Of a stretch of 64,000 nt of DNA, positions 13,201 through 25,109 are shown piece after piece. Every line of letters begins with the position of its first letter. Positions within the stretch are counted from its first letter, which is position 1. This DNA comes from Cycas panzhihuaensis (lineage: Eukaryota > Plantae > Cycadophyta). Below the pieces are notes generated by a model, which was not told where the DNA came from, did not search any database, and was given only the letters and a program-made list of their open reading frames with translations. The position numbers and the translations under genes are program-made. The stretch spans positions 182,411,741 to 182,475,740 of the forward strand of contig CM041465.1 of NCBI GenBank assembly GCA_023213395.1. Direction: 5' to 3'.

Positions 13201-15430
13201 TGGTAGGACTTGTTCAAATCAACTGGGACAAAACTATCCATGAGCACATCGTAGCACCCACAAATAGACAAACAAATGGAAGGCTTGAACAAATGCTTAG
13301 AAGGATACATACGGAATTTCATCTATGATAAATAATAGTTGTGGCACAAATGGCTCCATCTAGTTGAATGGTGGTATAATACCACGTACCATACAGTGAC
13401 AAAGATGACTCCATTCCAGGCGCTCTATGTTTTTTAGCCACCATCCCTTCTTACATGGACTGAGACATCACATATACAAACGATTTGAGAACAACAGGAA
13501 CAAATGGACCAAACGCTCTGAATGCTAAAAGACAATCTGAACATGGCGAGAAATCAAATGAAACAACTAGCAGATCGACACAGGTCAGAGAGATCCTTCT
13601 CAATAGGTGATTGGGTTTTTCTAAGACTGCAACTATACGAGAAGTCAATGATGAGAACAACTAGTAAACAAAAGCTAGCCCCCAGATTTCTTGGACAGTA
13701 CCAAATCCTTGACAAGATTGGAGAAGTAGCCTATAGGTTGGGCTTACCACAAGGAAGTTGTATTCATGATGTTTTTCATGTATCATATCTTAAACAAAAA
13801 CTTGGGGTAAAGATCACCCCCCAAACCACAGTTCTAGAACTAGATGAAGAAGGACAAATCATTCTGGAACCTGAAGGAATTATACATATGCAAGCCAAAT
13901 AGTTACGTTCGAGGGAAACAAGGGAGTACATCATAAAATGGAAGATTTTGAGACTTAGAAGATGCCACATGGGAATTAGAAGAATGGATTAGCGAACATC
14001 CGAACTTACCCATGCTTTGAGGGCAAAGCATGTTTTTAGGGGGGAGGGACTTGAAGTGTCCCTTCTACTTGTTAGGCCGACTTACTAAGGATCAAATTGG
14101 ATGACCACTTAAGTGTGTTAGGCCCAACCTCAAACAGTACGGGATACTCTTAATTCTGGCCGACCTACGATCCTCCTTTTTGGCCATCCTTTATCTAGGC
14201 TTTATCCCGCCTATATAAAGGGATATTGGGGCTCATTCTAGATCATCAGAATCAAAGTCTTGGCTGCTGTATTTTTGGCCTTAGGGCTACATTTTCTCTG
14301 GAGGGAGCCTCATGTCGAAGAGGGAAGTATTACCGGGTATTATCTTATCATTTGTACTTAATAATTTTATTATTGCTTTCAATTATTTATAGATATTAAC
14401 CACAGATATTTCATAATTCTTCAAATTGCTGGTATCGAAGCTATATTTTGTGTATTTGTTCTACTTTTGCTCTCTTTTCCCTCCAAAAGACTGTGCAGGG
14501 ACATTACATTGTTTTCCTTTTGAATCCTCCCTTTTTGTAAAATGACTACATTGTTTCTTCTTTTGTTAATCATACAACATCTTTATGCAGTTTTTTTTAA
14601 AATGTCCAGGCTTGTCGTAGTAGTAACATATCTTTGATTTAATTTTGTCCTTGAAAGATATTTGGACCCTCCTTTTGAGTAATTTTCTCCCCTGTTTTCT
14701 TTACAGTGGAAATCTCTTTCTTCCCCTCATATTTGTAGCATATGCTCCACATGACTCATATGCTTCATTCTCCTTTAGCAACTACTCATGCTATAAGAGC
14801 AAGCTGTCAACTTCATTGAAAGTGACTGTTCCAGGCTTTACAAGTATGGTTAAGTTAGTGGTAAATCTCTCATAAGATTTAGGCAAACTTTTAAGAGTGG
14901 AAGTGATTAATTTTTTATTGGTGACTGTCTCTCAAATAGTGCTAGGTTGATTCTTAGTTACTTTAATTTGTTGCATGTGTTCTGGCATGGTGTCTGTTAG
15001 CTTAACGTTGCACAGCTAGTTCCTGAGCATCAGTGTTCTTGTGTAAGTTTTGTTCTCATAAAGAGATGTTATATAGTCCCATTCTTTCTTTGCAATTTTA
15101 GCATTTTCACATTCTCAATTAAATTTCCTCCAACTAAAAATTTGATTATTGCTAGTGCAATTTTTGCTCTTCTCATCATATTCTACTTGTGCAATGGTGT
15201 TTATTGCATGTCTTCTAGTTGTGTCATCCACAAAAGTCCATTTAACATCAATAAAGTTTTCATTTGGTGTTTCCATGTTCCATAGTTTCTAGCACGAAAC
15301 AATTTTTTCATGAGGGAAGTGAGAATATTGCTGTCACCACTTGCTAAATTTTTAGAGATTGACTTTAAATGGTAAAAAAAGAGTTCACTACATAGGCATG
15401 AGCACACCATGAAGGGCCTAAATCAGCACC
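7282..15430 (-). mobile_element. Element D: degenerate Copia (gag, protease, integrase) split by chromovirus E
   Basis: gag N-terminus NYGTWKHQMKTLL ~15250-15300 and knuckle CYYYDKPGHFKKNC ~14590-14630. Protease WYID ~8800, integrase 7531-8200, LPKWYLK ~7400, KEPST at 7282-7300. No 5' LTR or PBS recognised. Confidence 0.8.
8860..14508 (+). mobile_element. Element E: full-length but pseudogenised chromoviral Ty3/Gypsy (Reina-like size and organisation)
   Basis: TSD TTGTT (8855-8859 / 14509-14513). LTRs 8860-9357 and 14052-14508, with ~45 bp missing from the 3' copy. PBS TGGTATCAGAGC 9360-9371; PPT ~14038-14049. Order gag-PR-RT(YRMCVDYRGLN)-RH-IN-chromodomain (EYIIKWK...EDATWE). Many stops and frameshifts. 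Confidence 0.95.
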
Positions 15431-16199
15431 AGAACAAAAAAAAAAAAAAAAAACCCTTTTATTTTTATTATTTTTTGTTTTTTGAGATACACCAAGGTAT
15501 TAAAGCCCACATTACCGAAATAAATAGAAAACTAGCTTAAAACGCTAAAAAACACAATTTAGCCTCTTCTATAGAAATAAACTAGGGTCGCATGCAAACA
15601 TCAATATGATTGAGGGCTATCAACATTAAGTGGGCAGACTTCAAAATTTATCAGATTTAATTAAATTGAATCAATCATTAGAAAATTATTATTAATATTA
15701 TTCTTTGAAAAAATCATTGTTGCATGGGTATTTTAGTTTGCCTCACTACGATTTTACCTTTGCATCTTTGATTAACTCGCATGAGGATTTCTAGAGCATG
15801 TAGCAACCACAAGGGCCTTAGCTCTATTGGAGGACTTCTATCACACCTTTAAAGTTTGAATTGAGGTCACCATGCTTGAATTTGAAATGAATGGTTGTTG
15901 CTCCTTAACCTTTGCTTGCCATTTCTATTCACACCAACCACACAACTTTATTAGTAATCATGGACCTTAATAGAGATTTGTTCACTGCTAGAGGGCCTGT
16001 AGAGTGCCCAAAAGTCACAAAACACTACTACAACCTGAAATGAGTGGCCCATGACATGATTCTGCACCTCCTTCTTCAGTGCATTGTTACTTCTCTCACA
16101 AACCCATGAACTTAAAAATGTTCTTTTTATGGTAAAAGATTGGGATAGAATAACTTAGAGACCATTTGTTGTTAGGGTTAGACTAGAAAATTGCTAAAC

Positions 16200-17030
16200 A
16201 AAGGTGGCCATAGTTGTTCCCATGTTCACAATTGCTACCTGAATTCAAAAAATTTGGAAATCAACATGCAAGCCACTTTTGGCTTTGTAGGCAACTACAC
16301 CAAATTAATAGGCTCTCATACAAAATGAAAGTAGTAGGAGCTAAAGAACATGTTGCACAGAGAGGAAAAACACAAGAAATAAACAATAGAATTAGTCTAC
16401 CAGTGAAAGAACACTTGATATTCCATGATTCATACATACACTAAATACACACATATATACAACCTTGCACTTGTGCATGTAGGGCATATGTCATCCATGT
16501 AGGGATTATTTAATTAACCCACACAAAGGACTAAAACTCACAACATTAAGTCTTGGCCCTATAGTGCAATATTGTACATTAAGTACCCAAAGTAAACATT
16601 AAGTCTAGCAACTAGTGCAAACTTTAATAGTCTGCGAGCATCAATAGGCACTTTGGTGGGAGTTTGATCGGTCGATGCTGCAATAGTTCACATTGTGCAA
16701 ATTTTTCTACTGATAAGAGAGGGCCCAAAAAATGTGTAGGCATCGTGGCTCTACTAAGAAGAGAGGGCCCAAGGAATATGTAGGTGTTGTAATCGACTAA
16801 TGTGTGGCTTAGATTTTTTTTTTTATAATAATTTTTTTGTATTTACTCCCATTCCATGGCATGGAATAAATACTTGCGAGCAAAGTTAGTTGGAGATGCC
16901 TATCGGCACAAAAATTATGTTCATAATAATCCATCCACTCTTAACATGCTTTGCCCTTGAAGCATGGATTAGTTGGATTCATAACGAAAATCTCCCTCCC
17001 TTAACATGCTTCACCCTTGAAGTGTGGGTA
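16200..17030 (-). mobile_element. Remnant 3' end of a chromovirus-like element (duplicated pre-PPT tail plus probable LTR)
   Basis: 16931-17030 holds two tandem reverse-complement copies of the CCATGCTT..AGGGCAAAGCATGTT + purine tract seen before the PPT of E and K. The LTR extent to the left is a guess. Confidence 0.45.
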
Positions 17031-17106
17031 GAGTGACGTAGCTCTGCATGCTGTCACTTGCTATTGCCAAGCTTTCATAGGTGCTCATGCTATACATGTG
17101 TTGACC

Positions 17107-18222
17107 TGTGGAAGAAGTATATCTAACTTGTGCTCTTGCTTGGGATAAAAAGTCTTATGAATGCATAAACTATATAGTGCTCTTGATAGAGAAATAAGTC
17201 TTGGGGTAAAATCAGACACTTGGGTCATTTTGGACAATGGAAAAGTAGGAATGTATGCTTATCTTGACCTAAGGAATGCAGAAATGCATCACTAGAAGGA
17301 CGCACAAGAGAATGCATGCCAAAAATCCACAAAAAAAGCCAAACAAAAGCTCTCAAGGAATGTATGACAGCGTGCATTCCCAAAAGGAACACATTATAGA
17401 TAGAAACATGTGTAAAACATACAAGGAGGAACGTATAGAATGCATGCCGAAAATTTAGCTATACATTCCAGAGTTGATGACATCACTACGAGGCATGCGC
17501 TTATACAGTCGTATGGACGACATAAAGTGTAATGAATGATTATGTGATGTAATTAAAGTGAAAAGGCACTTTGTTATTGTAATTAAAGTGAAAAGGCACT
17601 TTGTTATTGTAATTAAAGTGAAAAGGCACTTTGTTATTGTAATTAAAGTGAAAAGACACTTTGTTATGAAAATGAATTGTTGTGACCATAAGTCACAACC
17701 ATTCCCCTAAAAGGACATGTAAATGGGTATTTATTGATCATTTTCTCACCATTTTGGTGTGAGAGTCAAGTTGTTGATTCTTGTGTAATGTTCTCAAGCA
17801 TAAGAACCGAGTTATTCATTCCTATGGTATGTGCTCTAGTGTGAGAGCTGAGTTTATGAGTCTTGTAATACATTCTCAAGGGTGAGAGCCAAGTTATTGT
17901 ATTGGATGATATGGTTTCGTATGGAACACATGTCAAACGTTCCTTTCTAGTGATGTACAAACATTGATAGTGATATTGCTTAATGAATTAACAAGTTGCA
18001 TGGAAACACTGTAACCTTGTGCATGATGATTGTTGAGTTATGAATTTATATTGATATATTGTTTGTTGTGATGGCATGCTGATGTTATATGATGATGACT
18101 TGATGTTATGATGTCTAAATGAAGAGTAATGACATGACTATGTTGACCAAGCCCTAATTAGACTACCAAATAGTGACCACCTTGACAAGTGTACTTTCAT
18201 AGGGTGAAAGTAGAAGTCAACA
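17107..18222 (+). repeat. Diverged LTR-like copy related to the element B LTR
   Basis: Colinear shared blocks with the reverse complement of 5326-6155 (GATGACATCA, AGAACCGAG..TTCATTCC, ATATTGCTTAAT, AAGTCAACA). Starts TGTGG. Confidence 0.6.
17548..17667. repeat. Tandem repeat, 4 x 30 bp (TGTAATTAAAGTGAAAAGGCACTTTGTTAT)
   Basis: Three identical units and a fourth with one mismatch. Confidence 0.95.
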
Positions 18223-21200
18223 ATAAAGCATAAATGGAATCTGCAAACCATCGCAGGAAGAAGGAATCATGTTGTCGTTGATAAATATGTTTGATTTATA
18301 AGGTACCCTTACAATTTCCAAGTTTTCATAAATGGAAGTTATTGGATTCTCGTGTTTTAGACTGTGGGTTTTTTTTTTTCCTTCGATTGAGGTTCATGTT
18401 TTGGTCTCATATTAAAGGTATTCTATATCTTCATTAAGCTCCTATTCTATGTCATGCTTTTTAAAACTACAATGCTCCTCTTGTTTTGGTTCTAGTTTTT
18501 CATTTGCTTCTTTTTGAGACGTGGATTTGTTATTTTCTACTTTTTGTTCATTTTCTTGATCTTTGGCATCCTTTATTTCCTCTAGTGTTCGAGAAATTCC
18601 TTCTGCACAAGCTTGTATATGGTTAATGCATTTGTTTATTCTTTCAAGCCTTTTTTATTCTTCCTTACCATACTCATTTATGCCAAATCTCTTTACAAAG
18701 GGAATAACAAATTCTCCCCAAGTCTTTGGCCATGCTTTCATCCCACATATGGCATAAACTTTCCAACATGAGTATGGCTTGCCATTTCCACACTATGAAG
18801 GAGTAGTAGTAACATGATCCAATTCTTGATTATGTTAACATTATTATGTTATTCTACTGGATTTCATGGAGCCTTTCCTAATTTGAATTTGATCATAGAA
18901 ATAATTCTCTTGAAATGGACTGACTGATACCTTTTGCCTAGGTTTTAAATTTCTTATTTATGATAAGGAGCTTGGACAAAGACACATTTATCCACCTTTG
19001 ATAATACCCTAGAGTTGCTATGAATCTCAATGATTAGAAATTGGCATTGGGAGAAGCAACAGAATCATCGGAATATTGAATGAACCGAAAGGGTTTCCTT
19101 CTTCTTAGACCGTGTAATAAGGTCACCCATAACACTACTCTCCCACTTGAGTGAAAAGTCATGGATCTAGAGGCCATGCTATTACATGATATTGTAAAAA
19201 ATGGGGTGCAACGTTGAGATTTTGCCTTCGGTAATCAAGCAATGAAGAGAGTGTAGGTTGCGGGTGACAATGGGACACCCCTACTTGACCCCCAGCAACA
19301 GAGAAGGCCATAGTGTCAACATCTTATATTTGTGCCTTTCCTTCTCTTAGGGGCTGGTCTGTGCCTTGGATCTACCTGCTAATCTAATAAGTTGATAGGA
19401 TATGGCCAGTGCCTTGAATCTAAGTAGGTGGGTTTAAGATATGCCCTGTGCCTTGGATCAACCTGCTAATAGCATAAGCTAAATGACTGATGTTTTCTTA
19501 CCTTGGGAACTAATCAGATTATCACGAGCACAAAGAATGGATTGTGCCCTAGAAGAGGCAACCTACTATTGAACTATGTTATTGGAAAGAGAACACTATG
19601 CACTATCTAAAAAGAAACATTAAGCTAAGGATCACACTGTCCATTGAATAAGTCTCAAAAGGAAGTTTGGAAACCTTGTTAAACCAAAATTTAGGGCTAG
19701 GATTATCATTACCATCTCCATGGAATATTTCTATTCCCATGCCATTTTTTTCAATTCACATTTGAGGCAATCCGTGCAAGGGATGTTGTGTAGTTGCATT
19801 AACATTTGTGATATGTTGAGGCAAACTAGTAATGCAAGGAATGTTGTGTAATTGCATTGACATATGTGATGTACTAAGATAGATTAACAATTAGTATAGT
19901 TAGTGTTGTGAAATTGTCTTTGGTGTTGTTATGAGTCACAAACTAAAGGAGGCATGTGTACATTTCTAGGTGATGGGGTATTTGTGATAAAATCAAGCAT
20001 ATTGTGGAAAGAAAATTTGGAATTAAGTAATTTGAAAAATATATTATAGGAGTAATTAGAATAAGTATAATAATAATGAATATTTTAATGGGAAGAGAGT
20101 GAAGGGTTGGGGGCATGAAAAGTCAAAATGTTGAGAATTGAATTGAGAAAATGAATGATCTTCATTGATTAATGAGAGAGAAATAATCTCTCTTATATAT
20201 AACTGATTCACATAAAAACTCCAATACATGTATGAGAAGTGTCGCTTTTGAGACAAAAGAGGAGCGACGACACATAACTCTCAATTTACATAAAGATCAC
20301 TATAGCACAAATCTTTGGTCCTTGCGTGGAAGACAAGGTTTTTGGTGAGTTTGATAACACTTTAGTTATCATAGTAGATTGTAGTTGCTTTTTGACAATT
20401 TTGATTTCGATTCTTTAGGAGCTGTCTTAATCAAATTGCTTCATAAGTTGCACTTACTGCAGCTTTATACTCTGCTTCTATCAAGGACATGGCTACTGTT
20501 GGTCATTTTCTACTACTCCATGATGTTACAACTGTTTCAAGATTGAAGCAGTAGTCTGATGTGGATTTTCTTTCCTAAAGTTCTTTTGCCTAGTCAGAGT
20601 CAATGAATCTAATTAAGCTTGGTTTGTTTGGTTTGGTATATTGCAGTCCAAGATTTAATGTACCTTTGATGTATCTTAAGATTCGTTTTGCAGCATTCCA
20701 GTGAACAGTCTTTGGATTGTGCATGAACTTGGAAATAACTCCAACAAAAAAGGATATATCTGGTCTGGTGGCTGTCAAATAAATGAGACTTTCAACAAGT
20801 TGTCTGAAGAGAGTTTCATTTACTTTACAATGATTGTCTTCGTCAACAATTATAACACAGCCTGTTTCCATGGGTGTAGCACAATGATCACATTCTTCCA
20901 TATTGAACTTTTTGAGAATTTTTTTTGCATACTTAGATTGTGAGATAAAGATGCCGCTTTCTGCTTGCTCAACTTCTATGCGAAGATAATAATAAAATGC
21001 ACCCATGTCAGTCATTTCAAAGTTGCTTTCCATGTGTGTTCTCGCCCAACTGATGGTTTCTCAATCATTGCTTATAACAATTAAATCATCTACATATACA
21101 ACAATTATGGTAATCAAGTTTTTTTTGTATTTTGATATAAAGACTTGAATTAATTTCACATCTACTAAAGCCTTTCTTATGAAGATGATGATCTAGTTTT

Positions 21201-21624
21201 GCATACCAGGCTCGAGGTGCTTGTTTTAGGCTATACAAGGTTCTTTTTAGTTTGCAGACCAGATATTCCCCTCCTTTCTTTTTGTACCTAGGTGGTTGTT
21301 CCATGTAGACTTCTTCACTAAGATCACCATTCATGAAGGTACTTTCTACATCTAGTTGCACAATGTCCCATAAATATTGAGTTGCCAGAGCTATAATTAT
21401 ATGGATAGTTACTAATTTTTCCATAGGAGCAAAGCTTTATTCATAATCAATACCTGCAATTTGAGTGTATTCTTTTTCCACAAGTCGAGCTTTATATTTT
21501 TCAATACTTCCATCAGACTTTCTTTTATCCTGCACACCCGTTTGCAGCCTACAATAGGTTTACCTTCAGGTGGAGGAACTAATTCCCAGGTATTGTTTTG
21601 ATTTATGGAGTCCATTTATATGTC

Positions 21625-21735
21625 CATGGCTTCTTGCCATTCTACTTTCTGCTGGGTTGTTCATGGCTTCTTGCCATTCTACTTTCTGCTGGGTTGTTCA
21701 TGGCTTCTTGCCATTCTACTTTTCGCTGGGTTCTT
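21625..21735. repeat. 37-bp tandem triplication in the RT N-terminus of element F
   Basis: CATGGCTTCTTGCCATTCTACTTTCTGCTGGGTTGTT at 21625, 21662 and 21699 (third copy slightly diverged). Confidence 0.95.
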
Positions 21736-24700
21736 CAAAACTTTGAAGCCTGACTGAACAAGTCAATGCTTGATGTTTTTGAGACCTAGTTCTGTGCTCA
21801 AATACATCTCCTTTGGATTCTTCTACAGTTTTTAGATACTATTTAGGTAATCTCCTTTCTAAGATATTCTCTTGTCTTTTTGTTCCAGACTATGTTTTTG
21901 GTTCTTCTTGAGGTTTTGTTTCTTCTTGATCACGAGGAATTGATTCTTCCTCAGTTGTATTTTCGTCACTGGCAGATTTTACATTTTCTTCTAATATTAT
22001 GCCCTTTTGAAAACATGCAGTATATTTACTGATTGAAGTAATTAAATCAAATGTTACATCTCTACTTACATAGATTTTTTTGGTTTTCACATCTATGCAG
22101 TGATTGACTTTTGACTTAGTACTATACTCGACCATGATACATTCAATGCTCTTGTCATCTAATTTTGCTCTCTTTTGAGTTGGAATATGCACATAAGCAG
22201 TGCTTCCAAAAGTTCTTAGATGACTTGTGCTAGGTTTCTTACCTATCCATGCTTCTTCTGGAGTAATTTTATCAAGAACATTTGTGGGGCTTCTATTTAT
22301 CAGATAAACAACAGTATTAACTACTTCAGCCCAATATATATTTGAGACATCTTTTTCTTTTATCATGCATCACACCATTTTTGTTATAGTCTTGTTTAGT
22401 CTTTCTGCTACTCCATTCGATTGTGGAGTATATGGAGCAGTGGTTTGTCTACGAATGCCATGCATTTTACAAAAAATTTCAAATTCATTTGAAACGTATT
22501 ATCCTCCTGCATTTGTTCCAAGTGTTTTGATCTTGTCTCCACTTCCTAACTCAATTTGAGCTTTAAATTCTTTCAAGCAATCAAGAGTTTTTGATTTGCT
22601 AAAGATAAAAAATACCGAAACCTTCCTGATGAAATCATCTATGAATGTGAGAAAGTACCTGGTACCATTAACAAAGTTTGGTGTGATTGGTCCGCATATA
22701 TCACTATGAACCAATTCTAAATTTTCTTTTGTTCTCTAGTTATTTTCTTGAAATGATGCTCTGTGTTGTTTGCCTAACATGCAACTTTTGCAGATAGAGG
22801 AATTTATTGTAAAGTTAGCAGGCAATTCAACCATAGCAAGACTTTTGAGCATTTTTAACCTATCATCTGCAATATGTCCATATTGAGAATGCCAGATTTC
22901 AGTATTATTGTTTTGAACAATAAGAGTTTTTACAGAAGAGACAATAGGAGTAGAAACTAATTTATAAAGATTATCAGTTTCTATCCCTTCGACAAATGAT
23001 CTCACCCCCCTTTTTCATATCATGAACGTAACACTTTCCATCTTCATAGAATATTGCTCGAAGTTTCTTCTTTCTTAATTGTGATACAGAAAGAAGATTT
23101 TTCTTCAAACTTGGAACAAACAAAACATTGCCAATCTTCTTGACATCTTGCTTAATTTTAATTGCTATGGTTCCTTTGCCTTCAATCTTTAGAGAATAAT
23201 CATCACCAAGCTCAATAGTTTTGTTTGTTGGGTATGGGAGTAGAGTTTCAAACTAGTCTTGTCTCCCGGTCATGTGATTTAAGGCTTCAAAGTCAATGAA
23301 CCAGTCTTCGTTGTAATGAGCACATGAGACCAAGGCAACAACAAAAACAACTTCTTTTTCATCTTCATCCTTGGGCTGTTTGTTACTGTAATTTCCTTCA
23401 ACATGCTTTCCTTTTGAAATTTTAGTTCTTTTGTAAAAGCAATTGCTTGAGAGATGCTTATATCTTCCATAGTAATAACAAGGATGAGTTTCTACTGTTC
23501 TACACTTTACAACAATGTGACTTGATGATCCTCCACAATGATAACATACCTGGGTGTTTATCGACCTTCCTTTGCCTGATTGTGTCCCTCCTCTAATGAA
23601 TTTTCCTCTGCTAGTTCTTATGTCTACTAATCTTCCTCTTGTTCTTCTTCCTCGTTCACCAGTTTTGAGTTTTGAGAGAAAAGCTTCTTCAACTTCTATT
23701 TCCTCCTCATATCTTCGGATCCTTTGTTCTTGTTGAAGAGGATGTTTGCATAAAGTATCAAATGACATGTTATTGGCTTGTCCCCCAACAATAAGTGTAT
23801 TTACCAGATTGTCAAATGACTTTGGTAATTTATTAAGTATTAAGCGAACAATTTTAGTATTTAATATTGATTCACTTGCAGAGGCAAGATTATTTGATTT
23901 CTACCAATTTTGTGATGAAATCTGCAACTTGTTTGTCCTCCGGGTAAGTGAAGCCGATATAGCTATTCTTTTTGAGTAATGATATAGGCATCATTCTTTT
24001 GATTGTACAGTGATGCAAGGGCTTTTCAGGCTTCAATTGAGGAGGTGGCTTCACTAATATGAGTTAGCATAGAGTCACTTATAGACAGAGTAATTATGGC
24101 TAGTGCTTGCCTCTTTCTTTCCTTCCAACTAGCAATTTTTACAATATCTCTAATGGTTGGTTTCTTTTCTTTTTCAATAACAATGTTCTATGCATTTTTT
24201 GCAACTACAAGCCCTTTCATTTTAATTTTCTAAGTAGCATAATTTTGATCGGTTAGCTTATTTGATTCACTCAAATAGTAGATTAAAGCCATTTTACAAT
24301 AAACTGGAGGAAAGACTGTAGACTAAGGTTTTTAGATGATTGTGACAGGCCAAATCCATACGGCCGTATGGATGTATGGAAAAGACATAGGTGTACGAAA
24401 CCTAAAAATAACCCCCTCAAAAGATAGATTTTAACTTCGTCTACAAGGATCAGAAGTCAGATTTGAGAAATTTTTTTTTAGATTGAGAGAAATATGACTT
24501 GGAAAGAAGAGGGGCAGTAAGGGTTTAATTTACTATTTTGCTCATAACTTAAAAAAATCTCTAGTGAAATTTTGCAAACTTACACTTGATAGAAAGCTTA
24601 CAATTTGAGGAAGATTTTAAGACCACTTACTATATTTGAAGCAAAGAAAAATGGGACAAATTTACTAGAGAAGGTTCAAACTTGTGCCTAGGGTTTTTCT

Positions 24701-25109
24701 GCGATTTTTTCCTTATTGAGGCAGAATTTGCGATTGCTTCTTTGGAACAACAGACTCCACTTCTTGAGACATCTTTGTTGGTAAAATTTTGTATGATTTT
24801 GAGTATTTTATTTTTTGACTGTATAGATCTATACGGTTTCGTACGGTTCCATACGGTTCCGTACAACTTCGTCATTTCTTCAGATTGTGTTATTTGTCTC
24901 TTTCAGATCTTTATCACCTTGCTTCTTGCTCAAATTTTTAAGCAAATAGTGTTTGACATCTCAGTCTGACTTTCGGTTAGACCTACTACGATACTATGTC
25001 GAGAACTGAATTGAGAAAATGAATGATCTTCATTGATTAATGAGAGAGAAATAGTGTCTCTTATACGCAATTGATTTGCATAAGAAATCTAGTACATGTA
25101 TGACAAGCG

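Noticed and set aside
14011-14037. Rho-independent terminator (hairpin plus T-run)
   Set aside because: Plant nuclear retroelement context; reported instead as a pre-PPT hairpin.
15436-15453. Poly(A) tail of a retroposed insertion
   Set aside because: No TSD or recognisable SINE/LINE body; treated as a simple homopolymer in the leader of D.
17548-17667. CRISPR-like array
   Set aside because: Head-to-tail units with no spacers, in a eukaryotic context.
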